DNA of 64,000 nucleotides from Eukaryota sp. GEM-RC1. Its lineage: Eukaryota. Every line of letters starts with the position of its first letter. Position 1 is the first letter of the stretch. A model generated the notes under the pieces. That model saw nothing but the letters and a program-made list of their open reading frames with translations, was not told where the DNA came from and did not search any database. Shown here one piece after another: positions 12,570 through 24,500 of this stretch. Made by a program: the position numbers and the translations under genes. The stretch is taken from positions 1,612,001 through 1,676,000 of the forward strand of contig JAUFOQ010000010.1 in the NCBI GenBank assembly GCA_040285855.1, in the 5' to 3' direction.

Positions 12570-13420
12570 GTGATTGTGGAATTTATGTCATTGTATATGT
12601 TGAAAAGTACTTACAAATTCTTACAACACATGAAAGTTTGTCTAATCTATCGATTGATTTTTTTGCAAAAAAAAATTGCATTGTGTGAACTCAACAATGA
12701 ACTTAATGCTGCAGATCTCCGTAAACAGCTTCAGAAATTGTGTACTTATGTTTACGATCAATTGTTCATCAAATATTCCAAATTACTTGTGGAATCAAAA
12801 GGTTTAATCTTTTATGACTATACAATTAGGCCAACTGATTTATATCCGTTATTGTATAATGACCAACCCTATGATAAATATCCATTTTCAGAATTTTTGA
12901 TGAAGAAATTCTTCCAATGTAGTCAAAAGAAACACCAACAAAGGCTACTTGTTCCGGTCAATAGTGCAATGGGTGATCTTAATGCTGATGGTCGTCATTG
13001 GGGTTTAATTATTCTGATCATTTCATCTCATACAAGTCATATTTTATTCATTGATCCGACCTACGTTGAGGATGATTATGCCAGAGAATTTCCTGTTAAC
13101 CAAACGCAAGTTGCACCAACTTCCTCCAATTTATTTTCAATTGTTTCACAAAATTATTCAGTTTCGTCCTTGAAATCAGTGATATACGGTTTATTCCATC
13201 AAATAACAAACATACTGTTACTGACTCTGGTTTTTGTGTTCTCGAATACATTCAACTTTTAATGAATTTAGATCAATCTGTGGTCATAAGGTGGACTGAT
13301 GTTAAAGAACTGCTGGGTAGTACCACTATTGATGTTCATGTGTCTCGAAATCTAATTTTGGATCATTTTGAAACTTTTAGTCCTGTTGATTTGTCGTATA
13401 TACAACAAAACGTTTGTTAA
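12570..13420 (+). pseudogene. Ulp1/C48-like protease domain, copy 2 (frameshifted)
   Basis: LLVPVN...GRHWGLIIL...ILFIDP, then in another frame (13193-13420) IPSNNKHTVTDSGFCVLEYIQLL: the H..D..(C) order of C48 proteases. Confidence 0.6.
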
Positions 13421-14600
13421 AAACGTTTGTCTTCAATTCTGACAGATGGAATTTCTTGTTGCTTAGTTTTAATGAGAAAAGATTTAGTTGATGAAGACGG
13501 AAATACTTTCAAAGATTTTACTGCTAAATCTCTTGGGACTTCGGAAAGATACATTCACTCTTTATCAAATGAGAATATTCAAGAATTACAATTGAAGGAA
13601 AAAAGAATTGTAGGTATCGATCCTAATGAATATGATTTAATGTATTGTGTTTCGGAAAAGACAGTCACTGGGCTTGTAGAAGAAGATATTTCTGATGAGA
13701 ATCCTCTCAAAAACGATTACACTCAGAAATCAGAAGTAAGAAAAAAGGAGGAATTAAGAAAAGTAAGAAATAATTAGAAGATTGGAAAAATTCCAATAAT
13801 GATGTAAAATCAAAGCGCAAGGCTAAGCACAAATGGAAGAAGTTTAATTACACAGCTGGAGAAAGAGCTTACGATAGAAAATCTGAAAATGAGAAACTAA
13901 GAGAATTTTCTATTGATTCACCAGATGAAACTGTCACTGAACGACAACTTAAAGATTTTTTGGTTCTCCATCCTGATAATATTATTGTAACATGAAGACA
14001 TGTCGTTAACCAATTCTCCAGAGCTGTATCAAATGGGGAAAGAAAGTCGTGTTTCAGTGACACATTTGGAACATATATTAAAGAAGCTGAACGATATAAT
14101 GTGTATTTGAGTTCTTTTTACGAAGATGACTGGTTTAGAAAGAGGAAACTCCAAATATATTCCAATAACCAATGATTGGAGAAAAACATGCTTGCTTGAA
14201 AAACGTTCGAAATGAGACTTTGTCTAAGGACAATTGCTATCATTCATTTAATTACAGATGAAACAATAATTTGTCAGACTGTGACGTTTATTCCGTATAA
14301 CCTGAAGTTGTTATTGTAATATTTATTCTCTAAGGGGATTGGAGCTCAAAAGGTAAAACCAAAAGGGATAAAACCTCTACTGTTAGAGGAGTGGAAATCC
14401 GGAAAATGTTGAGAAGTTACGGGTACCAAATTTTTCTGGTTGATGAATATTGAACAAGAAAGTGCTGTTCAAATTGTGCTAACGAAACAACAATTATTTG
14501 TGGTGTTTGACCTTATGCAAACGTCATCAGATGTAAGAAGTCAGAGTGTCAGAAATGTTTCGGAACTCAAAGTGTTGGTTCCGTATGTAGTTTTTTCTGA
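13421..14600 (+). pseudogene. Fanzor (eukaryotic TnpB-like RNA-guided RuvC nuclease), N-terminally truncated and inactivated
   Basis: Manual translation across stops and frameshifts gives ILTDGISC; RIVGIDPNEYDLMYC (RuvC-I); KFNYT; FGTYIKE...SFYEDDWFRKRKLQIYSNNQ*LEKNM; GDWS (14334); GVEIRKMLRSYGYQIFLVDEY*TRKCCSNC (RuvC-II E plus CxxC, 14388-14477); VIRCKKSEC. The RuvC-III NRD motif is absent. Confidence 0.85.
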
Positions 14601-14700
14601 ATTAGTTGTTCCCAATTGAAAAGTTGAAATATTTGAATTTTTGATCAATACGAAATTCGGAGTAATAAAGTGAATAGCGGGTTTTTTTATTTTTTTGATA
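14555..14700 (+). ncRNA. Candidate omegaRNA scaffold / right end of the Fanzor element
   Basis: Called from position (3' of the Fanzor ORF up to the junction with host gene sequence) plus a small stem cggaac(14561-66)/gttccg(14578-83). Inference only. Confidence 0.35.
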
Positions 14701-17029
14701 CGTATTGCTTCCCTTCGGATTGCTTCTGCAACAACCTCTATTCTCTACAAAAGACAACCTTCTTACTGACGCTGTCATTACCTACGATGACAACTCTTTC
14801 CACTGTCATTCCTTCGTTGTCAGTGCTTTCAGTCCTATTCTTAAGGAGAAGGGTCTGGAATCTACCACATTAGAGTTCCATCTAATTCCTTTTCTTACAG
14901 ATTCTGATATCTTCTTCTCAGTCCTATCAACTCTCTATGGACAATCTCTTAATGTTACTCCTGAAAATGTTACATCTATCTCTTTCATTGCTTCTCTTCT
15001 TCAGTTTCAGGAGTTAAGTCAGTTTGTTACTGAGAGAATGACAAAAGGGTTGGGAAATTTTGGGGATAACAATTTTAAATTGGATTCACAAAATTTAATT
15101 TTAAAATTGTAGAATCTTGCCCTAAAGACGTACGTGTTTCTTACAAAAACACGTCTATCACTTTGAACTCTGTCTTATTGATTTCATTTTCAAAAATGTT
15201 TCAGAATTTAATTACATGTGAATTTAAAGATTCTGCTGTGAGAAATTTTGAATATTCTGATGAATTTCCGGGTGTTTCTGAACATGTTTTTGGTTTGTTT
15301 TTCGGACTTATTCACTATGAGAATTCTGTTGAATTTAGTATTTCAAATATTTTGGAGTTTTTTCAATTATCTGTTTATTTCCAAGTAGATCAGTTGAAAT
15401 TGGATTGTAAAAACTTTCTCGTTTCGAATTCTTTTTCAAGAGAAGAACTTTTTTATCTTTTGAAAACTTGTAACGACAAGAATTAATTCTACTTCATTGA
15501 TCAAAATACCGAGATTTTTTCAATTTTTTCAAATATTGACAGTCCACCTTTCCCCCTAAGAGTTACTTTTATTACTTTATTATTGCCTGTTGTTGATCCT
15601 TTTGGTTGTTTAAATGTTTAATTGAGCTATACAAGAATGAATATTCTTTAGATCCAAAAACCAATGAACTATTAAAATTTCCAGAGGAGTTTCGAGTTGA
15701 GTTTTTCAAAATATTCGAGCTATTAGATTCCACTAGTGATGATCACTTAAATTCCACGTTGTTGAGGTGGTCAACTTATATTTTTGAAAACGTTAAAAGT
15801 TTTGCAAATATTCCTCCAGATTGGTTTCTATGGACCTTACAAAAGAATTCTAATTTTTTTACAGATTTAAATCTTTTTGGTGATTGTTTTCTTTCTATTG
15901 TTAAAGTTGAGTCGTTACAGAATTTTCCTCATTTATGTTTACCAAAGAATCTTCTTGAACTTCTTTGTTCAATTCTTCCTGGTGATTTCTGCGTGTGGCT
16001 GGGAAAATGTCTGGTGAAGTCTTGGAAGAATTCTGAAAAATTGAATTTTTCTTTGACAAATGATTCTTTTTTCAAATGTATCTCATTAATTATGGAAAAA
16101 ACTGATTTGAACGTGGTGCAGTTTTTAAATTCTCTGATGGAAATCAACAACGATAGTAAACTTGGATCAGCTATCACAACTTTCATTGCCAAGACTTCTC
16201 TTGATTTGTTGTCATCACGTGAAAAAGATCTCAAAGCTGGTAATCAACTGTATTCAGATGGATTGCAGTTTTTCTATGGAAATTCTGTAACTCAGAATTA
16301 CGAAAAGGCTTTTACTTTGTTTAATGAAGGTGCTAACCACAATCACGTTGATTGCATTTTCAAATTAGGAAGTTATTACTACTTAGGTTTTGGTGTTAAA
16401 AAGAATCTCTTCAAAGCCGTGGAATATTTTAAAAAATCTGCTGAATTGAAAAATGTTTTTGGAATTCTTAATTTGGGATATTGTTTTTGAATGGTAACGG
16501 AGTTGACAAGAATGAAAATGAAGCTCTACTTTGGTTCAATAAGGCGGCAGAATTAGGAAATTCTCAAGCATTTTATGGATTACATCGCTGTTATTTTGAG
16601 GGATTAGGAGTTGAAAAGAATGTACAAGAAGGTCTTAATTATTTGAAATATGTTATTTCCTTAGGTGATCCTGACGCTATGAATCTTATGGGATGTTTAC
16701 TATGGGACGGTAATTGCATGGAGAAGAACCTCTATGACGCAATTAAATATTTTAAATTGGCATCGGACGGAGGATCGTCTCATGGAATAAGAAACTTAGG
16801 CGAAAAGTATCGTTCCGGTCTTATGGTGCCAAGGAACCGGCAAAAGGCACTTGAATTGTTTATACAATCAGCAAACTTAAACAATACTTCCGGCATTCAA
16901 AGCTTAATCACTTTTTACAAAGAAAGTGCTGTACCGGATCCAGATTTACTAAGTTATTGGGAAAAAAAGAAGGTAGAATTTAACGGTTGTAATGCTACTG
17001 ACGTTTTGAAAAGAAGAGAATTGTTGTAA
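14698..17029 (+). pseudogene. BTB-BTB-Sel1-repeat gene, copy A (5' end lost)
   Basis: Two BTB domains (FHCHSFVVSAFSP; LNSVLLISFSKMF) and C-terminal Sel1 repeats (YYYLGFGVKKNLFKAVEYFKKSAE). Lacks the first ~39 codons of copy B; TAA at 15484 where copy B has CAA; frameshifts. Confidence 0.85.
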
Positions 17030-17740
17030 TATTTAAAGTTTTACGTCTATCAATACAATGATTTCCGAATCTGTTGGTTCGAAAAAAATTGTATATTTTA
17101 GATTCTGCATTAATGAACCACTGAACTTACTATTTTTAATGTGGGAACGTACGACATTGCAAATGTACCATAACATGCCCCGTTTCACCTCACCACTTTA
17201 TTGTGTCATAATTCTGATTATGTATTGATATACATAATATTCGCGGATCTAAAGGCCAAAAATCTTGAAGATGTCACAGTTTCGCTTTATGAAAGATGCT
17301 TTGCTGCTGACTATGCTCTTATTGTCGACCATTCTTCAGAATATACATATAAACTCCTTTGTGAAAAGGGAGAGTCCGATATGTAAGAAAGACTGTGGTA
17401 AAAGGAGGAAATGGGGTTGCAACTTCAGTGTTGGAGTGATTCAAACCGAAACTTTTAAAACTGGCAAGTTGTCAGCCAAAATACGTCTCATAATCATCAG
17501 CCGTATACTTTTTTGTTCACTAGTAGGAGTTGTACAGTACAAAGATCTTTTAAACAACACAATTGAGACTGAAACGTTCAACTTCAAAACTTCAGGTGAA
17601 CAACTCATTCAAGATTAAAAACCATTATTAAACCTACATTGTAGTAAACGTCATTGCAGCTCAGATATTGACATTGTCCAAAGTTTTCATGAAATTTATA
17701 TACTTGGTTCAAAAATCGTGATGTTATTTCTTCTCAAGCT

Positions 17741-17900
17741 TTGCATTTCATTGATTTGTTAAAGGTTAATGAAACAGTTACGTGTGTTCATCTCCGAGAC
17801 AGCTACATTGGTGATGAAGGTGTTAGAGCATTGGCAGAGGCGTTGAAAGTTAATACTTCAATAACCATCCTTGATTTAAGGTGCAACTATATTGGAGATG
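17741..17900 (+). pseudogene. RNI-like LRR fragment (two 28-aa repeats)
   Basis: IGDEGVRALAEALKVNTSITILDLRCNYIGDE, the same repeat type as in 35500-36372. Confidence 0.8.
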
Positions 17901-18310
17901 AAGTCTTCGTGGACTGGACGAAGAGTGGAAATGTGGTTTTCTTCGCCAGCTCTTGGATAACACGAAAAGAGTAGGTTCACTTTGGAAGAAAGAAGTACTA
18001 TCAGTATTTGTTTCAGTATTCTGCTTCATCAACGCAAATCAAAACAGGAATCACCTGGAATCCTTGTATACTTTTTCTTTTTTGGGCATCATTTCAATGT
18101 TAGTATCTCACTGCCACTTTGTTTGATTCAATTATTACTACTACTTTTATAGTTCTGAATCCATTGATTATCTCTAATTGTCTTTCTATACATTTACTCC
18201 AAAGTAACTACTTCGACCTTTGTATTACTACTAATTAACAAACCTTAGTTACACTCTAGTATTTTCTAAGCCCAGGATGTGACTATTTAAGAGCTTGAAG
18301 ACGTCACCCT
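17897..18310 (-). pseudogene. 5' end and upstream region of an RRM-LRR paralog
   Basis: MKQNTETNTDSTSFFQSEPT resembles MKHNTHTRTDETSSFHSEPT (61105). The upstream tgacgtcttcaagctcttaaatagtcacatcc resembles 34072-34102. Confidence 0.7.
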
Positions 18311-18806
18311 CTGTTTCCAGCAAATGACTTTTTGATCATTCGTTATCTAAATAGTTAGTTCCAAACTGATTTACTTTCTATTTTTGAGACTATTATTACG
18401 TTTCGAGTACTTCGCCAAGTGTCTCATGTCGTAGTCAGAGATATATACGATGTTGTCTTCTGGACCTACCCAGGGTATGTATCTATTTGGGATACCATCA
18501 TCATGGAAGTGATGATCCTCAATTGACCGAACTAACGTTAGCTCTTCGATCGTCTGGGGAGAGACTCATCTTACAAGCTAAAAGTTCTTGTTCGACAAGA
18601 AGGTTCTGTCATTCTTCGAGTCTTCTAGAGTGCTCTTTGGCGAGAGATTCCTGTTACTTGGGAATCTCTTCAGTCACTTCAGTTGACCTGTTATGTGTAA
18701 CTGGAACGACATCGTGAATGGTTTCTGTATTAAAACTATGGTTTGGTTCTACGAAAACAGAATGATGTAATTGGATCTTCTTTCAATTGACTGATACGAT
18801 TACTTT

Positions 18807-21230
18807 TTAGATTATCAATTTCATTGTAGAATTCAGCTTCATTAATTCAGTTAGTGCTTTGGTACATTCATCCCCAATATAAATACTTTCAAAACGAAGT
18901 TCTCTAACATTCAAAGAACAATTTAGCCGAATAGAATCAACTATCATCAAAAAATCTTCATCATACAATTGGCAATAAGATAAATCAAGATGAGTCAATG
19001 ATGTACTAGTCTTAATATAGTCACACAAGACTTGAAAAGCCGCTTTACTGAAACTACACTTGTTGATACGAAGGTGTATTATTTCAAGAGAAAGTAAAAC
19101 AGAGATACTCTTAGTAGTGATTTCAGTGTGGAATTCGGGCGAAAAGGAGAAAATTCCGGATTGTGAGTCAGTTATGTGAGGCGAAATATCGACATCTATC
19201 AAAAAATTATTGATGGACAGAATTTGAAAAATGGCAACAATAGTGGAAAAATTTGTAAAGGCTGGAATTCCTTTACATTGAACACATTTAATAGGAGCTT
19301 TCGATTTAAAGGCTTTTAAAAGTAATCGTAAATCAGTGTTTTTAATCTTGTCCGCGTACCTAATAATACCACAAGAGAAATCAATAGTATGAGGTAATAC
19401 TTCAATAATTGGTGGTGAGTGGTGAATAGAAAACGGTTTGAAGATATCCAAAAGAGTTTTAAATCCAATTGAAGAATTACTGAGATTAATCGTTTTTAAA
19501 TTAGAATGTAACTGAAGTGCATCAATTAAATTCACGAAATTCTCATCCAATTGTTCTTTACAAGAGGAATCATTGTACAAGTAATCAAATGGATCAGAAC
19601 TTTGCATACCACTGAAGTCAACAGAAGTCAGGGAGCTATTTCCACTGATTAAATCACACAAACTAGCAATTGCATCAACCTCAAAACAACACTTCTTAAG
19701 AGAAAGCTCTTTTATACTATAGTTTTCACAAAAGACTGTAAACGGGAGATCTCTTCAGCAGTAATCTGAGTAGAGCGTTCTGGGGAAAAACAAATCACCC
19801 CATGTTCAAAATCCAAATGATGAGCAAAAATTTCAATTTTTGGTGGTGATTTATGAGTAGAATACCGTTCGAAAAGATTCAGAAGGAATTTGAACCCGAT
19901 ACCAATGTGACTGAGATCAACCGTTTTTAAGTAGGAACTCGACCAAATGACATTAATAATTTTAGAAATACTTTTTCATCCAGTTGACAGAAACTGAAGT
20001 CTTTTAAAGTCAAGTCGTTATTAAACTTAATGAAATCACACAAAGCAATTGTCGATTCATCAGTAAAACGACAGTTTTTAGAGTAAGCTGGTGGATAGCA
20101 AATCTATCTGCAAATGACTGTAGAGAAGAAATTTCGACGATAGTAATCTTATGGGAATAAAGTAACTTTGGAGAAAAACAGAAAACGCCTTTTTAACGTC
20201 AGTGAAGTGATGCCCAAAATCAATTGAAATAGGAAATTGCTCTGTACACACTGTTTCACAATCACTAATAAAAGAGCTCAAACTCTTGAAACTATACGGC
20301 ATGATAACTTTTTTAATGACTTGATGTTCTTTCAGAGCTTCGACAATTAGTGTGAATTCACTAAAAATCATCAGGGAACCAGGAAAATTTAAAATCAGTA
20401 ATGATTTGTTTTTACGTAACATTTTGCATAAAGCTCCATATTCTTTATCTTCGAAAGTTCCCATATATCCAGGATATCCATGTAGCAACAAATCTTTTAA
20501 AGAAGAGTTTGACTCAACAGATTTAAAAATGGGTGTAAATACCGACCCAGTGTGCGTGATTTCAAATCGTTTTAAAACCGTGTTATGTTTTAAAACATCA
20601 GCAATATCATTAGCATCAAATTGTACATGTACCATATTCAACTCTTGCAGGGATAAATTACACTTTAAAGGAGCAAAAACAGAAGGAAAGATTTTTCCAC
20701 TTGGTATCACTAAATTTTCAATACTGGAACTGCTAAATAAGGGAGCCAAAACTTCAGTAAAAGAAGACAACATATGGGTTAAGTTAACTTCTTGCAAAGA
20801 GTTACAATTAGCCAGAGCACTAATCATTGGCAGATAATCAAAACGTAACAGATGGAATCCAATGGGCACAAGACAAAACTTTTTTAAAAGGCACTTACTG
20901 GAAGAGAAGATCTTAGTTAAAAGATCAGCTTTTGTTGAAGTAGATATATTAACGTGTAATGCTTCAATGGTGGTACTTTCAAGTATATACTTGGCGGTGA
21001 CCTCATTAAAGGTAAAGTTGGGACCGCTTAGTGACTTCTGATAAGGGAAAGTTGACTGATATTGGGTATGTACAGTGGACTTTGTGGCTCCTATTGTTTG
21101 GTAATTTATGTATATGAAACTCAAATCTGATTTGACATTTGTTTCTCTAATGACACTGTTTACTATCGGTTTGGGCTTGTATGAGTGATTTTTGTCTGTT
21201 TGATTGGAATGTTTCCCTCATATGTGTTCT
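18807..21230 (-). CDS. Divergent RNI-like leucine-rich repeat protein, copy A (frameshifts at homopolymers; gene or pseudogene)
   Basis: ORFs 20078-21124 and 18807-19661 contain LTHLDLSYCQL, LKTINLSNSSIG and LQEVNL. Copy B supplies the open frame across 19700-20200. Start codon not determined. Confidence 0.7.
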
Positions 21231-21888
21231 GGTTATCCAGTTCCTATTTCAATGATCCATCCTTTAAACTACATCATAGTCACACTTTTCCATAAACATA
21301 CCATGAAGATCATGTTTATTGTCATACACACTATCTAATGTAGGAGAGACAGGAAGATGCTCTGCCCAGTTTGTAAGCTTCACTTGTAGTTTTGATAAAT
21401 CAGGGTATAAGTGAATTGTAGCTGACTGGTATTTCGGTAATAATCCCAAAATTAAATTAATTAATACTATTTTCAAAACGTCAGTAAATATACAACCCTG
21501 TATTTCTATTTTATTTGTTACCCAGTAACTTATATGTAAAATAATGATTTCAAAAGCTTTGTTATCCCTAAGTGTGTTTTATGAAGACAAAGCTTCAACA
21601 AGGTTCGATTCGAAGGAATCTTGCTTTGATGACATTGAGTATTAGATCATCTTTTTTTTATTTTCGAATAAATGTACGATATATTAAAAAACTTATATGT
21701 AACGATTCAAATGTCTGTGTGTCTCTGATGTTGTACAAAGTGATTAGTTTATCAATTTCAGTAATATTGCTTACGTTTGCTGATTGTAAAAGCAAGTCGA
21801 GTGGTATTTGACTGTTCCTTGGAACCACAATATCTAAATGATATCTTACGTCTAAGTTTCTGATTCCATAAGCCGGTCCTCCTTCAGC

Positions 21889-22421
21889 TTATTTAAAAAA
21901 GTTAATTGTAATACATTCATTCATATTCTTCTCCATATCATCGCTCTTTGAAATGATGCTAAACTTGACGACTTGGCTGTCACTTATGTGTCCCAATGTT
22001 TCCTGGTAGATGTCGTGTATATACTCGTAGTTCTCTTGTGCACGAGTTTCTGTCATTAACATCGTCAGAGCTGTTGACAAGCTGAAACAAGTTTCCCTCC
22101 CAAATACTGACAGAAATTCGATGTACGCCGAAAAACTGAGCAACACCATAATGCGTTTCTTAAAAAGTGGGTATATACTGCTCGTGTCTTGGTGTCGTCT
22201 GAAGGCCGTCGATTAAGATAGTTTATGTCAATTCCATGTACGGGTTCAATGCTAAGTCCCGTAGAGGTTTGTTGAATCAAATCAAGTTTGGTGAAAGAAA
22301 AATTTAGAAGGCAACCAAACTGAAAACCACAGTTGTTAATGGTGGAAATCTTCTTTCATCAGTGAATGGAATTATGTAACTCAATGCAAGTAACATGTAG
22401 GGACTAGGTCAAATTGAATGT
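21889..22421 (-). repeat. Dispersed repeat / unknown gene fragment also at 40366-40763 and 48344-48874
   Basis: RRPSDDTKTRAVYTHF vs RRKATDDTIVRAVYPYF, plus a shared ~95-nt block accacagttgttaatggt...caaattgaatgta. Confidence 0.6.
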
Positions 22422-24099
22422 AGAATAGGTATTGTGAATTTCATAGCTATCGCATACTATAGTACTCAAAAATTTCTTACCTTCACTTTTCATAAACTAC
22501 ATCGACATGTCTTCTTCTCTCCCTCGTTCCGTAAACGAAGAATTTAATAACAATGACGAACCCGAACCCGAAGTGTCTGCTCGTAATGACTCCATTGAAG
22601 ATGACGGTTCTAATGCAATTTCTGATGTTACTGCACCATCTCTCATCCATTCACCAACGTTTGTGAAGAGAACTATTGCTGATTCCTTCAATTATATCAA
22701 ACTTATATATCGGCTTTTATGATGGAACAGTGAACATCTTCATCCATCCTGATCTTAGTAACGTTAATGTAGTTCAGTTCATTGATTTAATGGTTGAACG
22801 TTACATTGTTGAATGTAACACTAACAATAAACCTCACGTAGCAAGGTCCGAGTTACTCCTGAAATATAAAACTACTGCTAACGCTTCTTATAAAATTACA
22901 TGACCACTGAGTTTGTTGACAAAGATTTATATGACCCTTCTAGCTTGTTATCATCTGAATCTTGCTTTATACAAGTCTCACCCAGAACTCTCAACCGTGC
23001 CGACTTCTTCGAAAAATGTGTTTGGAACACGAACGAAAACAGGCGGTCTCTATTACTTTAGAAGATTTGAAGGCTGTCGATAATCGGTGTGGTTGCTGCA
23101 GACGTTGCCTGACGCTCTTGGAAGTCATTATACGAGTCGGGAAGAGCAACCATGTGCTCTATTCCGTATTCTATTCGCAAACTGTTCACTCCAAAAGCGA
23201 CCAAACCAGTAGAGCAATTGACTGAAGATGGTGTGTTGGCAAAGAATGTTGCATCCTTTGTAGTTCAACGTCTCACTGTGCTTGACTTAAAGCGAAATGC
23301 ACGTGATAATCTTGGAAGCAAGATCCTTCTGGAAGAGATCCAGACTTATATTCTAGAAGGTCAGCACAGGACCTCCAGCCAAGCAGAATTGACGAACGCA
23401 GCACATATCAACTGCAACTCCAGTAGTAATTTGCCAGACAATCATCATGATCAGTCGAGCAATTTGTTCAACACAATTAACTTCTTCCTATCCTTCTTTA
23501 TTATACTGGCCTTATCGGCAACAGATATCTATATCTATACTTAATTCATCACTTTAAAGCAGCCACCATTGGGGAAGCCACTCTTGAATACGGTGAATCG
23601 ATGGACGAATCTTCGACGAATCCGCAATGTCTATAGTAGTCACGACAATCATGATTACGTACTGTTCAAGACAGAAAAGAACCATCTCTATTACTTGGCA
23701 ATGGAATGTCTCCACGTCCTGGAAATTGATCAACATAACGTGGTTTTTCACACATGATAGTGTAGTACAATAGAATTAGGTACAATCATAAATCACCTTA
23801 ATTTCATTCAATACTTTCCGTATAACTTCATCTTCCAACGACTCAAAGCATCAATATATTATTACTCTGTATATTGGCTGAAAAGAACAAGAAGAAACTC
23901 ACCAAATGAGCTTCTCTACAAAAGGCAAGGATCCCTCTGTGAAAAGAAAAAAACCCAATACCTCAGACCTAGAAAAGCTATTAGGGTCAACCCCTGACAA
24001 GGACAGTGTTGGCTTCCTCACCCCTCTCGGTGGACCCTCTTTTGGAAAAGACGATAAAACTTCAAAATCTTAAAAGGATGATGGTACTTCCAAATACCA

Positions 24100-24500
24100 C
24101 TTCTCAAAGCATTTATGGAAGGCCATTTTGATAGAATTAGTTCTGTATCTTTTCGAAACATCATTATAACTCTAACAAATTAGAAAGTTTTCCAGGTATA
24201 AGATCGATTTTTATACGAGACGATTGTAGAATTGACTGTTCTCCTGGCATTGATGAGACAATAAAGCAGTGTGGGAATAAGTATATCAAATTGCCCACTT
24301 AATGTCCGGAGATGAACCCGATAAAAGCCTTTGATGCAGTGCTAAAATGCAGAGTAGTTGATGCAGTAGAACGGTTTCCTTTGAGTAATCCAGTTGATTT
24401 GGTTAACAGTCAAATTCACTCACTGCAACAATATTCTAGTGTTTGGTTGTTTCGACAAGTAGGATACGATGATGGTCAATGCTATTCTTCGCCAACGGAT
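24100..24500 (+). mobile_element. IS630/Tc1-mariner DDE transposase remnant
   Basis: IFIRDDCRI (second D region) and YIKLPT*CPEMNPIK (LPxYSPxxNPIE motif). Confidence 0.6.

Noticed and set aside
13993..14510. Several in-frame TGA stops in Fanzor suggesting TGA recoding
   Set aside because: The long intact ORFs contain no in-frame TGA and use TGG for Trp. The element also has frameshifts and deletions, so decay (e.g. CGA to TGA) is the simpler explanation.
20352..20837. 161-aa plus-strand ORF
   Set aside because: Antisense to the LRR gene.
22500..23760. Cluster of short ORFs (duplicated at 48950-50210)
   Set aside because: No recognisable motifs; conservation between copies only reflects the recent duplication.
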